A stretch of DNA of 64,000 bases from Yuukianura sp. NJ FZ-2021 (Eukaryota): NCBI GenBank assembly GCA_046563655.1, contig CM102286.1, forward strand, positions 7,688,001-7,752,000, written 5' to 3'. Position 1 is the stretch's first letter. Each line of letters begins with the position of its first letter. Shown here piece after piece: positions 51,768-64,000 of this stretch. A model generated the notes under the pieces. That model had not been told where the DNA came from. It saw only the letters and a program-made list of their open reading frames with translations, and did not search any database. The translations under genes were made by a program, and so were the position numbers.

Positions 51768-52069
51768 GGGTCTGGCTAAACGTCGGATCTCGGACTCCTC
51801 GGATTTGTATGAGGGGTGCATACCGTCATTTCTCGGAGTTTCATAGCCTTAAGAGGTTTAGCAAAAACTTCATCAAACCTACCCATTGAAATAAGCCTAA
51901 AATAAATTGATGAAGTCGTAGCGAATGTTGACATGCGATTTTTAAAATCCAAAAAATCCTGCATGAGTCATGTAACAGAACAATGGACCCATCATCATCA
52001 TAGTAACTAGATTCTACTACAAGATCCGAGGAATCCGCGGAGTCCGCAATCCGAGTTTTAGCCTGACCC
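51768..52069. mobile_element. Degenerate ~300-bp MITE-like element; a second, more decayed copy may lie at ~52124-52429
   Basis: GGGTCTGGCTAAACGTCGGATCTCGGACTCCTCGGAT is inverted relative to ATCCGCGGAGTCCGCAATCCGAGTTTTAGCCTGACCC. No clear TSD. Confidence 0.5.
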
Positions 52070-52603
52070 TACAATCTTGGCGCGGGACCTATGCGAAAAT
52101 GCGTCAATAAATGCGAAGTCTATGGTGTGGCTAAAGATCGGATATCAAGGATAGGACTCGTCGCATTCTTTTCGAGCGGTACTTTGCTCCTCTGACTATA
52201 GGGAAGGTGTCCATTTTAATTAATGATAAAAAGCTTAACCAAACCTCACCGTTGACAACATTCATTTTCATTAGGTTGATGCTACTGTTTCACATGCAAT
52301 TTTTTTTTAATCTGAGCAGTACAACAGGTATGGAGTCAGAAGAATCTGAAGTTACCGATGTACCGCTACTAGCGGTCCGCTGGGTTCAACGGAGTCGGAG
52401 AAATCCGAGTTTCGAGGTTTAGTAAGACCTTAATTACAGGAGTTCTGGAAAATAGTCCCGGGAAATTGAAATTACCACTCTTCAGCAGATAAACAAAACA
52501 ATAACAAACAATAACCATAGTATCAATCTAATCGTGATAATTGAGTCACTCTAAGTTTGTTACTTCCGGTTCGTCCGCTCAGCCGGTCGTGGCAATTTGA
52601 ACA

Positions 52604-53181
52604 ATGGGAACAGGAAGCGTGAGTGAGGAAATCCAGTATTCGGAGAAGTACTATGACTCAATGTTTGAATACAGGTAGGTACCTACTAAATGTAACTGTG
52701 CTTATTATTGGGTAATTTTACCAACTTGCAGCTTGAATTACTTTGCAGCAAGATCTCGAAGCATTCAGAAGGTAAAGTCGTTGTTTAAACCAAATATTGT
52801 ACTAATTTCTTTACAGACATGTAATCCTTCCCAGCAGTATCGCCAAAACAATTCCAAGAACTCACCTTCTGTCAGAAAGTGAATGGAGGAATTTAGGAGT
52901 TCAGCAGAGTCCAGGATGGATTAACTACATGTCACACCCTCCAGGTGAGAAACTAAATATGTCAACTTGTTCATAATTTTAATCTGGGAGAAGTGACTTG
53001 GCCATTGACCTTGACCAGTTTCAACTTTTTCTGGACAGAGCCTCACATTCTTCTTTTTCGACGACTGCGCACCACTGACTTGGATTCAGATGCTGAGAAA
53101 CAAAGAGCCATTAATCGTCATGTCCAGCACGTCAATGAACTTACAGCCGCTATAGGACAAGATATTCTCGCCGTCAAGTAA
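52604..53181 (+). CDS. Cks: Cyclin-dependent kinase regulatory subunit (Cks1/Suc1 family), 3 exons
   Basis: [55 protein letters not shown]. Confidence 0.95.
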
Positions 53182-53839
53182 CAGTAATTATCCTTGTTTT
53201 CACGGAACATATAATAATTCCTCTTGTGGCAATAAATTACATCCGGTATATTTTATTTCGAAGCGCCCATTCAGTCTAACCCTTCCTTTTACCTTGTAAT
53301 TGTCAGCGCCAAGTTACCTCGGCTGTTATTCCGGTGCCGGTTAGTGGTTCCTAGTTTGGTACTAGCTACTTCTGGGAGACTGCACAATCGTCACAGCACA
53401 GCGGAACTACATAATACTTTATCACATTATCAGCGTAACTAGGCAATGCAATCACCAAATGACCAAATACGACTTCATCCAAAATTAATTCTTTTTTCTG
53501 CAACCAGCGTTGAGATTTTAACAGGTGCCGTTGGCGTTTTATTGCATAAGCCTGAACGAAACATTAAATATTCGTGATTTAAATTACCTTAAACGATAAG
53601 TTCAACGAACAAATTCGTCCCCAAAAAAATCTACGTAAACGTCGTAGGGTATGATCTTGCTAGTCACCTCGACCTCAACACTAGTTCTGTTAATCTAGAT
53701 TTCCTAGATTATACCTTCTTACTAACAATTCGGTATAGTGTTTCAATTTTTAACGAAAGTGACAGGCGTGGGAACAAGTGATTACATTCCTCTCATATGG
53801 TCAAATATAAATTTCTGGTTTGTCAAAATAGAAATAAGT

Positions 53840-54744
53840 TTAACGATTCGAGCGAAACAGCCAATGACAGGCTTGAAGTGTAATATAAATAAGTGCGCCA
53901 ATAAGGATGTAATTTTCTCGTTCCTTGGATGCGTTTACTTCATCTTCAACAGCCAAAAGCCTAACACTCAAACGAGTCATTTGATCTCTCAAGTGTTCCA
54001 ATTCCATCTGTACTGCGTCTCCGTCATCTTGTTCTGTATGTGACAAATCTCGCATTCTACAAAAGTAAACAAAATCACCACTGATTAGTATAGTTAGTTC
54101 ATATATAAACCAGTTACCGGGAGACATTACAATAAATATGACGATGGATTGATGGATATGAATCTACTAAACCGTACCTGGGCATCAACGCTCCCTCCAT
54201 TCCTCTGCTTCCGACGCCATTCGGAATGGAAGTCATAAAACGGGCTTGGTTATTTTCTACTATCAAAGTCTCATCGTCGATTTCGCCGCCCTTGTGATGG
54301 AAAGCATTATAGGCGCTTTCGTATGGAGTATCGCGAAGTGTAATTGAGCGCGGCGGAGTCTAAAATTAAGCAAAACATTAAACGTAAGAAATGAATAAAT
54401 TCATTTGTTAGTTGTAGCCAGCAGTTCTCGAATGACGATTGCTCCGGTAATTTCAAGCTGTCAAGCTGTCTAAGCTGACAAGAATTCGCCCAAGTTCGAG
54501 ATGGATTCACCTGAATTCTTATTTGTTCCGGGTCAGGCGGATTGACGATATTTTCTAATTGGAGTTCCCTCGGAAGAGCTGTCGTTCCAAGATGATGGTC
54601 CTGACCTATTAAATAAAGAGAAGCAGTGTAATTGGAATTTGGGTTCAGCTGTAGCTGGAACACTTGCTTTGAAATCGTTACTTTCTTACCAGTGAGAATA
54701 ATCCTGTCAGGAACTTGCATTGCTTTGGTGTGCAGAGTTGACAT
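53840..54744 (-). CDS. Tango11: Mitochondrial fission factor (MFF/Tango11)
   Basis: MQVPDRIILTG, PRELQLEN, TPPRSITL, coiled coil LRDQMTRLSVRLLAVE and C-terminal TM anchor ending WLFRSNR*. Confidence 0.85.
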
Positions 54745-56378
54745 TTTCAACCACTCTTTTGGCTATTCAGATCACGAGGTAAAAATGACAGGAATCCTGT
54801 CCAATCCAGCGCCACGAATAAAGCGATCCTAAACAAGTTAACCGAAAAATAATGTTAGTACCAAGTCGTAACCTTGGATAGTGAGATTGGGATAACCAAC
54901 AACTCAACTCGTATCTAAGGTTATTTTACTGATGTCGGATAGTTTACATACTAGTAGTATACGAGGGAAGGGGAAGATAACGTGAAAATGTTATAACAGC
55001 TTTAAGTTAATCGGTGAATACACGACACGTTAGTTTTTATATCGATTAGGTTTTATTTCAGTCAAGTCACTAACCTCTTCCAGACTTTTTAAAATAAGGC
55101 AGCCTTGTCCACGTCCACGTGTGGGTAGATTCCGTCGTGCTCCTTAAAACTAATTAATGGAACTAAATTAATTTGTTCTTTGCTGATTACTATTTTGGGA
55201 TTGTGAAAGAGACAAATGAAATGACTAACAATTGAAATACAATTCAAACTTTGCGCAATGCAATGGTTAGGGAACGAGGAGGATTTGTACATTTCGGTTT
55301 GCGGTATTTTATTTCATCATCCCATTCCCAAATGCAATGGGAATCCTATGAATCTTTTCAAAATTTTTGCTGCTTCGTCAAATGTGGGATGGGGTAAGGT
55401 TTAACTACAATAATGTGTCCCCCGACATGGCTTACAAAGGGTGGTGACTACAGCTACACCGCGCGGCAACTCATGTTGCCACTTAAGGTTAGAATACCCT
55501 ACCTTACGGTGGCTACTTAAGGTGCCACTCAGGGATATCCATCTATTGTAGCCACTAAAAATGACGGAGTGGCGGCTAACCTCATATAACAATGGCATGC
55601 AGTAATCCTTATGTCGACGGAGTTGCGACAATGCGAATTGCACTTTTGCACTGTGATTTCGCAAAGTTCCCATAACACAAAATATTCTCAGCTGTGGAAG
55701 TTCAGCCTCCTCTTTTGTCTTTTAGCAATTATTTAGCACATAAAGTTCATTTTAAATTTTCTTTTGTACACAAACACAATACCAGTTACAGGTACAGTCA
55801 CCAACAACAGTCTGGATTATTATCCAAGGAGCTGCTGGGCCTGCCTGTTCAGGTGAGTTTTTATCCCTTGTCTTATAGGCTTCTCTGCAAAATGTCAACA
55901 AAACAAAGGAGCATGAGCATACCATAACAATGACTAATTTAACTCAACTGTTTTGTCAAACGTCGTCTCTTTGGAACTCTTCTTTTGATTAGGTATTCGT
56001 CTCATAAAAAGTTAATCTTCTCTTTGTTTTCGACTCGTAAACGAATTCCGTGCTTAAACGTTGGGTTTATTTACTTCATATTTGTAACTTTAAGCCCAGT
56101 ATCGGACGAATAAACAAACAGATCGGGCAGGAGGACGGATCTATGCCAAAGTGAAGACAATTTGTACGTGAAAAAACTGTCAGAAGGAAGCAAGGACGAA
56201 CTACTTAACTTGTGAGGAGTACTAGTTTCACTTTTAAGATCAATGTTGGTGGCACTTACTTTTGGTCTTTCTTTGCAGATACAAAAGTGTTGTTGAAGAA
56301 TTTAACTTAACTTCGTGCGGGCCAACTTGCTAGAAGACAGAAGAGAGGTCCATTCGTTGAGCTCAATGAAAATCTCAA

Positions 56379-59300
56379 ATGCCTTTGAAGTTACTGAAAC
56401 GCACCAGTGATCACTATGATGTCGTCTCAAAGTCCACTTTTGTTATATCCGTTACGCTGCTGGACAATGGAATTATGGAGTGTACGTTGGATGCAGACAG
56501 CACCGGACGAGACTGCCTACAGAACATATCACAGCGTCTTGCGCTCCAGCAGGTATTTGTCATACAATTGATAAGTATTGACATTCCTAATACATGAAAG
56601 ATTATTTAGCGTTGGTTTTAACACCAACTTTCTCTTTTAGCCAGAATTCTTTGGGCTTCGATATATTAGTCGGGGAGTTCCACCTCGCCAACGATGGATT
56701 GAGCTGGAACTGCCGTTAAAGAAACAACTCGACAAATATGCAGAAGAATCGCGCCTTAGCCTCGGAGTAATGTTTTACGTCAGTGACGTCAACGTACTCA
56801 AAGATGAAATGACCAGGCGAGATTCATAACAGTTTAAGGAAAATACGAAACGCAATTTTGCTCTGGTATGCTTACCTTTGTGTTATCTTCCATAGATATC
56901 ATTATTTTCTTCAACTAAAAGCTGATGTCATCGACGCAAAACTAAATTGCAGTATTGATCAAGCTATTTCCTTGGCAGCTTATAGTTTACAAGCAGAGTT
57001 CGGAGACTATGATCCTGAACGGCACACTGTAGAGTATCTGCGTGACTTTGCTATTCTGCCAAAGGTTTGCGAAGATTTAAATCCTGATTCAATCCTTATG
57101 TATTACCCAGTCTTGCGTTTACAAACTGTTTATCACTCTTAGGATTTAACCACCGAAGTCTGTCAGGAATTCAACGTAAATGCTATCTTTGATGCTGTCG
57201 CTCGGCAATACGGTAGTCTCCTCGGTAAGTATTCTCCACATTTACATATTATTCCAACGTATGAGCCCTGAGATCTTCTACGACAATATGTAGTCAATTC
57301 TGAATTTTTATTTCTTTAAGGGTTTCCTCCGCCCTTGGCTGAAATTTACTATATTATGGTAGCTCAACAGCTCGACGGTTATGGACAGGAATCCTATCCG
57401 GCCAAAGATGGTTCTGGGAACGATATACTCATCTGTACTTCAGTTAACGGACTTGTGATTAAAAGAAGAGATTGGACACATATCGCTGCCTTTAGGTAAT
57501 TCTTGTTGAAGTAGACATTTATCTAATACGTGATCTTGTTAAAAAGTCCTCCACCGTTGTTCTTCGTTTGTAGATGGAGGGAGATCAAATCCGTAATGGG
57601 TCACAAGAAAACATTATTATTAGAAAGTTTGCAATCGCATCGTGTTATGCAATTTCACTTTACGGACCCTGAAATTGTTAAGTACGTTCGAAAAATATGC
57701 GCACTTCAGAGCACGTTTCAAAAGAGCGTTCCAAATGTGGAGCTACAATTACAGAACCAAGAACATGAATCACAGCGACATATTGGTCCAGGATTTAGTT
57801 CGACGGATTCATTCGTAGGTTTTTTTTTTATATTTGAATTTGCAACGTCTGGCTATTAAAGCTTTTTTTCTAATCAATATTTTTGGTTTTGCAGGAAACA
57901 GAAAACTCTGTTGCCAATCGCAGGCCCACACCAGATCTGATTAAACCGATTCCCATCGGCAGCATGCACTCACTCAACAACAACTTTGCTCATCAGCCAC
58001 AGACCAAAGCTTCGTATTCAAATTTACAGCATTTCCAAAACAACTCGCTACCCTCCATTCACTACCGTCATCAAATACTTCAGCAGCAGCAAGGCTTGAA
58101 CTGGTCACTGCAGGACCTATCCGGTCCTAATAACAGAACTTTACCAGTATCGTGTATACCAGTTGTATCCAGTAACTCCACGTTACAGGAATTTGATGTT
58201 CCTCGGTCGAATTGTCATTTGGATCCTGCTGATACAAAGTCTGACATTGACGTACAACCACTTCTGCCTTCGTATCGACCAGCTCCGGACTATGATACTG
58301 CCGTACAACTCAAATATGGTCAACCACAAGCACGTGAAAGGGTGAGTTATAAACAGGTTTTGGTTTTCCACAAATTCATTCTCTTTTCTCTTTATAACAA
58401 CGTGATTTGGGATGTTTGGAGTAGTCTTAAGCTGTTTGTCTATCTTTTAGGAAGAGGAGCCGATTTACCAAAACGAAATCGTTTCGAAAATCCACTCCAT
58501 TGACTTGCGGGAGCGAGAAATTCAGAGACCAAAGTTACTACCGACACAGTGAGAACTCACAAGCTAAGCTTCTCATAAATTAACTTCAAACTAAGCTTGT
58601 CGTTGAGAACTTTTTTACACGCTCGGAAAAGTTTGACGTTTTTCTTTTACTTTCTTTTCTTTTGTTTGTCTCAGGAATTCTATGCCAGTGCCTGCAATCT
58701 CCAATGAACTATACCAAAAGGATAGTTCACAGGCTTCCAGTCTATCTTATTTGAACAAACCACCGCCACCTTATCCTGGCACGTCTCAATCAAGCAACGT
58801 GACGAATCCACATGAACAAAAGTTGTGTCCTTCCAGTTCCAGTAGCACAATGTATAATCATGGAACGACAAAGTCTCGCACAAGTTTCAACGCTCACTCA
58901 GAAGTTTTGAAGCAAATCAGTTCTGACCTATACAACCGTTCTCTCGAATACGCGGGAACGCGCTATGTCAATGGAAACTCTCACGAGAAAACACCTCCAT
59001 CTTCATTGCCAAAAGTGCCTGTCAATTGTCTCCGGGAGCAGGCAATCATCCAAAACACATCGGACGTTGTGGACAGCCCAATCTCACAGGAGAGAATGCC
59101 TCCAGTTTACTCAATTTCCAATGCTGAACCCTTTATGGTAAAATTGTAGTTCGGAAGCACCTAACGATGGGTTGTTCTGTTTCTTTTAACTTGAAATGTT
59201 CAAGGTATGTAATTGCTGTTGTTATGCTTAGGAATTACAGGAACCCAAGTCAAAAGAATCAACGACTGACTTTCCTCGGTTCTGCAGACCAATCGATTCC

Positions 59301-60539
59301 AATATTATGAAGGAGTTTCAGAGTATTCAGAAAGCTAAGGCTAATCCTAGTTTTTCTACGGGAATGAAGCGAGAGAATGCCAGACGCAATAGGACTCCTA
59401 ACGTCCTGCCGTATGACGACAATTCGATCCATTTGACTCACACAAAGCAGAATCCCGATGGATACATCAACGCTTCGCCTATTTCGGTAAGTGTAATAGT
59501 TGTGTGTGTGGATATAAGTGGCTATGTATTATGTTCTTTTTTTTAGATTCAAATTGGCGGGAGAATTTGGAAGTACATCGTGGGGCAGATTCCTCTAGGT
59601 GGAAACGGACCTTGTTCGTTTTGGCAAATGATTTGGGAGACTGGTAGTAAGATAATCGTTTCACTGGAAAGAGACTCCTCGGCCCCATTTTATCCAGCGG
59701 GAATGGATACTCTCACGTTCGGTGATTTTCAAGTAACTGACTGCAAAAGACAGCGTGACAATAACAGTACAAAGTCATCTATTGCCAAAGAGCTCATGCT
59801 TAACTTCGTGACAAAGAAGAAACAACGTCGTATCTGGTTGTTGCCTTATGAAGACGAGTGGAAAAACGACGTTCCGGTGGATACTGAACACTTTCTATGT
59901 AAGTTACTCTTTGCTTCAGGCTGAAACGTCTTAATCGAAAGTTGATGTGGCTGTTGAGCGACACGTGTCGCAAACGACAAACGAATTCTTGACGATGACG
60001 ACGTTTTTTCTTTTTTTCAGGTTTCCTTGAGGAAGTGAATTCTGTACAACGGAGAGTCAGCGAAAGCGTGTTAACCCAGCCTCTAGCAGTTTTGTGCGGT
60101 ACTGGAGCTGGAAGGTATGTATTGAGCCATAAACACTTTACTATTCCTTGATAGTCCAAATTAATGCATAGATAGCCTTCAATTACTTGTCCTGTTTTGT
60201 GTTACAGAAGTGGAGTGTTTGTACTTTCTGATATCCTCCTGCATGCTGCAGATACTGGCCATGTAAGTACACTTGAACTATGAACTATTGAACACTGCTT
60301 TGTTCGTGAATTTTCGTTGTAGACAATACGGTGGTTTCATTTCTACCGTCCGTTCAATTGTCATATTAGAACTTAATTGACATGTTTATCATCGCTTTGT
60401 TGACCATCAGAAAGTCCGGTGTGACAGCCTTCTCAGTCATCTACGGACAGAACGAATGCTCCTGGTTACGCACCCTCCGCAGTACAGTTTCGTTTTGGAA
60501 ACTCTGGCGAAATATTTGGCCCAATCTAGACTCATTTAA
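56379..60539 (+). CDS. Pez: FERM-domain protein tyrosine phosphatase PTPN14/PTPN21 (Pez)-like, multi-exon
   Basis: MPLKLLKRTSDHYDVVSKS..LLDN..ECTL FERM start; LAAYSLQAEFGDYD; LPSYRPAPDYDTAV and PPPPYP motifs; PTP domain VLPYDDN, GYINAS, FWQMIWE, CGTGAGRSG; C-terminus SRLI*. Confidence 0.92.
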
Positions 60540-61236
60540 ATCGGATACTCGCTTGTTAATTCTCTTACGAACGACTACAGTCGAATCAAGATCAAAAAAC
60601 GTGGTTAAGCGCCGCATCAAACACAAATACTGTGCTCAAACTTCAGCAGCATCATAACCTCCATGACGAAGACAATACTGAGAAATCAGATTCTTATTTA
60701 TGCTTTTGTATGTACGAATACTTTTTTAGTTCGTTAATTTTACTTTAGAATTAAGGTTTTACACAAGAATTATTTTCAAACAGTCACAATATCAACTTCA
60801 TTTCTTGCTTGGGAAAGATCTGTCACAAGATTGGGCTAAGAAAAGAGTCTAAACTTGATGATAATATCAATGTTAATTGAATTAGTGGTATCACGGAAGT
60901 CAGTTTGGTCACAAATTGTAAATACCAATACCATTATGTTGATGACGTGATGGAATGAGATGTTTAAGTTAAAGGTTTAACTAGATGTTCTTATTTTCGG
61001 TCTGCCCGTCTCCCTCTTAATTATTTTTAAACATTTTATTTCATTTAAACTCAAACTTGACCACGATCAACTTGGCTAATAATTTGACAATCAAAACTTA
61101 TTTATATAAATAAAGGATGCTAAGAATTTTTGTATTGAAGAATGTGACTTGAATGAAACTTCCTTAGAAAAACGAAGTGTTTATGTTATTTACCTACGTT
61201 CGGGAAAAGAAGAGTGACTGATTACTTGCGCGTTAC

Positions 61237-61982
61237 TTAGCTGTTCTTTTTAGCACGTATAGCCTTCTTGCGTTCGGATGCTTCATCCTTCTTGCTTCCA
61301 CCCCCAAAGAACGACGTTAGTACCTCCGACATCTCTGGCATTTCGTACCTTTAATTTTAAATAGAATTAGGTTAGTGATTAGATCATCATTCATCAACAT
61401 CATCAGTATTGATTGTTTTTCATACTTGGGCATTGTCACCGACTCCATTTCTCGTCTCGTCTCTGGGTCAGACATCATCTTCGGAAGTATCACGATCAAA
61501 ACCAATGGGAGAATCATCATGAGTACCATTGGACTGAACAGGACATCAGTGACTCTCCACTGTTCACGACTCTGGAAGTATCTGTACGGGCCGACAGGGC
61601 CAAGCCGGAGGGGATACGTGACATGGGTTACTTGATTCGGCTGGAGATGGTTCACACGCCTGGCTCGGATTTTTCCCTTGGAAGTGATGTCTACCCGAGC
61701 CGAATCGAACATGAAGGTTGGATGAACAACTTCAATAACATGAGATCCAGAAGGAATTCCTGTCAGAATGAACGATCCATCGTCGCGTAAGAAGGTTACA
61801 TGTTCTCCGCCATTCAGCATCACTTCGGTTGATGTATACCAATCGTTTGATGGTTTCTTTTCTGGAGGTGACACTTTTCCTTCAATGGTGTACCAATCTT
61901 CTTCGACTGCGCTACCCAGTACAACTGTGGTTCCGGCACATAATAAAAGCGAAGTACATAATAGTATGTGTGAAAACTCCAT
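61237..61982 (-). CDS. EMC7: ER membrane protein complex subunit 7
   Basis: Signal peptide; IEGKV; GEHVTFLRDDGSF; SGSHVIEV; RVDITSKGKIRARRVN; YFQSREQWRVTDVLFSPMVLMMILPL; DPETRREM; last exon MPEMSEVLTSFFGG. Confidence 0.93.
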
Positions 61983-62167
61983 CTTTATATTCGACACCTA
62001 GTTTCTGGACGTCAGTAGATCCCAAGATGTGCTGTATCAAAATGATATTGATATTGATGAGTACATAGGTGAATTGCAATTGGATTTTACAACTATACAA
62101 TAAGGCTTGTTTACGTAATCGACAATCGTACTCATTCTTACTTACATCTAACTTACTTTTACTTTTT

Positions 62168-62869
62168 GGTTGAAGTAAACTTTGACTCTGTCCGTTGTAC
62201 CCCCCGAATTGCATTGTATTGTACCCCCCTGTGTTAATCCATCGCGGGAAATTCAAAAAAACAACAAATCACACCCTCTAGTGTTTGTTTCTTTAGTTGC
62301 ACAGAGATTTCTTCACTGTACCCCCTCACTGTACCCCCAATTGTATTTAGGAAGTGGCAACGCCGGAGGTTTTGAAAATAATGATTGAATTGATTTGTTA
62401 TGGTAATTATTTCAATTTCGATATTCAATTAAATTAGCCGAGCGAAGCGAGGCTAGGTTAGGTTAGGTCAACTTACGAAATTGCTAACCTAATACTGATT
62501 ACTTCGTTTTTCTGGTCACAACTGTAATTAATGCAATCACTATTTCGCAAGTTGACCTAACCTAGCCTCGCTTCGCTCGGCTAATTTAATTGAACATTAG
62601 AATTGAAATATTTACCAGAAAATGATTGTTTGCAGAGGGGTACAATGCGACAAATGACTAAAAAAAAATCCTTCGTTGCCACTTCTTAAGCTCAATGGAG
62701 GGGTACAGTGAGGGGGTACAAAGCAAAAATCTCTTCGAAACTGAAGACAGTTGCACTAGAGGGCGCGACTTGTTGCTTTTTTGAATTTGCCGCCACGGAT
62801 TATAATATGGGGGTACAATACAATGCAATTCGGGGGGTACAACGGACAGAGTCAAAGTTTACTTCAACC
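62168..62869. mobile_element. Palindromic MITE with 8-bp TSD (GG..CC termini; Merlin- or Mutator-like)
   Basis: TIR GGTTGAAGTAAACTTTGACTCTGTCCGTTGTACCCCCCGAATTGCATTGTATTGTACCCCC is mirrored at ~62809-62869. TSD TACTTTTT at 62160-62167 and 62870-62877. Confidence 0.92.
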
Positions 62870-63458
62870 TACTTTTTAGAAGAGAATCAGATCAATCAAA
62901 GATTTAAATGCTGCTCTGCTCGGTGAACCCAAAAATCAGCTTAACGTTGTGTATTTTTTACTTACTAGTAGGTTCCAGCTTCCTCTATTCCACTGTTATG
63001 AAGATGAATAAGATTAAGATTACGATCCTTCAATTACGTTCACAGGTTAAGATAACATATTTAACCGGAAAATTCATCTACGTAAAAATTCTAAAATTGC
63101 ATTCGTAAAAGTGAAAATCAGCTGACTACGTGTTCACTAGAAATAGACACATCTCATCGCCAAACAACGCTGGGCTGGGCATCGGAACCAACTACTAATT
63201 AGTAAGCTAAAGAAGTTTAGCAGGAATTATAATTAGCACATCGTTTTTAAAACTGAGGTTTTTATTTAATTAAATAGATACCCAAACTAACAACGGCCCA
63301 ACTCCTCAATTTTCGTCGATAGAAAATCCAATTTATTTTGCCGACAAGAGCTAATAATGTACTCGAAGGGACACCAAATCTCCAATTTAAAATTGAAGCA
63401 CGTTAAGGTTAATGCATTTTTCCAGTTTTGATTAGCTTTATAATAGTACATAAATTAG

Positions 63459-63903
63459 TTAGCACTGCAGAGACTGCTGCAAGTCAGAGAGATCAACAGT
63501 GTCCATCGTGGATTTCTTTTCAGCATTAGGTTTCTTCTGCATTGCGAAGACTTGGCGCGGGATGAACCTCGCACCATGATGACCGAAGCTAATGTGAACC
63601 GGCTTCTTTTTCTCAGGTACAATTTGCGGAGTGCCTTCAGTCTTCGGAGTTAGCAACTTTTTTGTCGAAGCTAACTCTTCCTTGAGTGGAACATCTTCTT
63701 CCATTTTGTCAACGGCGTGGGGTTTCTTAACCTTCACGGGTACTTTTTGCTCTTCACTGGAGAATGCCTCTACAGCAATTATTTTGGAGTCAGACGCATT
63801 CTGTAAAAACTTCTTAAGATATGGATGCTCATTTATGCAGTGAACCCTCCGTTCTTCTGGATTCATAAAAAGTTGAGAACAGGACTCAATCAGGCACAAG
63901 AAC
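63459..63903 (-). CDS. Last exon of a ZNF511/l(2)k10201-like zinc-finger gene; upstream exons lie beyond the right edge
   Basis: FLCLIESCSQLFMNPEERRVHCINEHPY finger, ISFGHHGARF, C-terminal DLSDLQQSL; acceptor TTTTTAG near 63904. Confidence 0.7.
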
Positions 63904-64000
63904 TAAAAAAAACACGATTAGAACGAATACATCAATTTCACTCAAAAGGTTGTAGTATTGAAGGGACTCTACGTCAACACACGTCAACAGACTCAACGTC

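Noticed and set aside
62445..62470. Telomere or interstitial telomeric array (TTAGG)
   Set aside because: Only 2-3 units, embedded in the MITE stem.
1..64000. tRNA, rRNA or spliceosomal snRNA genes
   Set aside because: No convincing cloverleaf, A/B-box pair or conserved rRNA/snRNA motif found by eye; a covariance-model scan would be needed to exclude them.

Overview
AT-rich, intron-dense eukaryotic (animal, most likely arthropod) genomic DNA, not prokaryotic. Left to right it contains: an intronless, divergent vasohibin-like ORF nested antisense in an intron of a dysfusion/NPAS4 bHLH-PAS gene; a full-length, apparently intact piggyBac transposon in a dysf intron; an M3 oligopeptidase-A-like gene that has lost its HEXXH motif; Ero1; an S28 serine peptidase; and pyruvate carboxylase. 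One ~103-nt pyruvate carboxylase intron has been expanded by a young, RT-less BEL/Pao LTR retrotransposon. Its 5' LTR is interrupted by a 2.47-kb foldback DNA element (TAC..GTA ends, 6-bp TSD, IS3EU-like), which in turn holds a piggyBac-like end fragment. Further right are DNAJC4-like, ZNF622, Cks, MFF/Tango11, PTPN14/21 (Pez), EMC7, a 702-bp palindromic MITE with an 8-bp TSD, and the last exon of a ZNF511-like gene. Gene spans include introns. Exon boundaries were read by eye and family calls come from motif recognition, not database searches.
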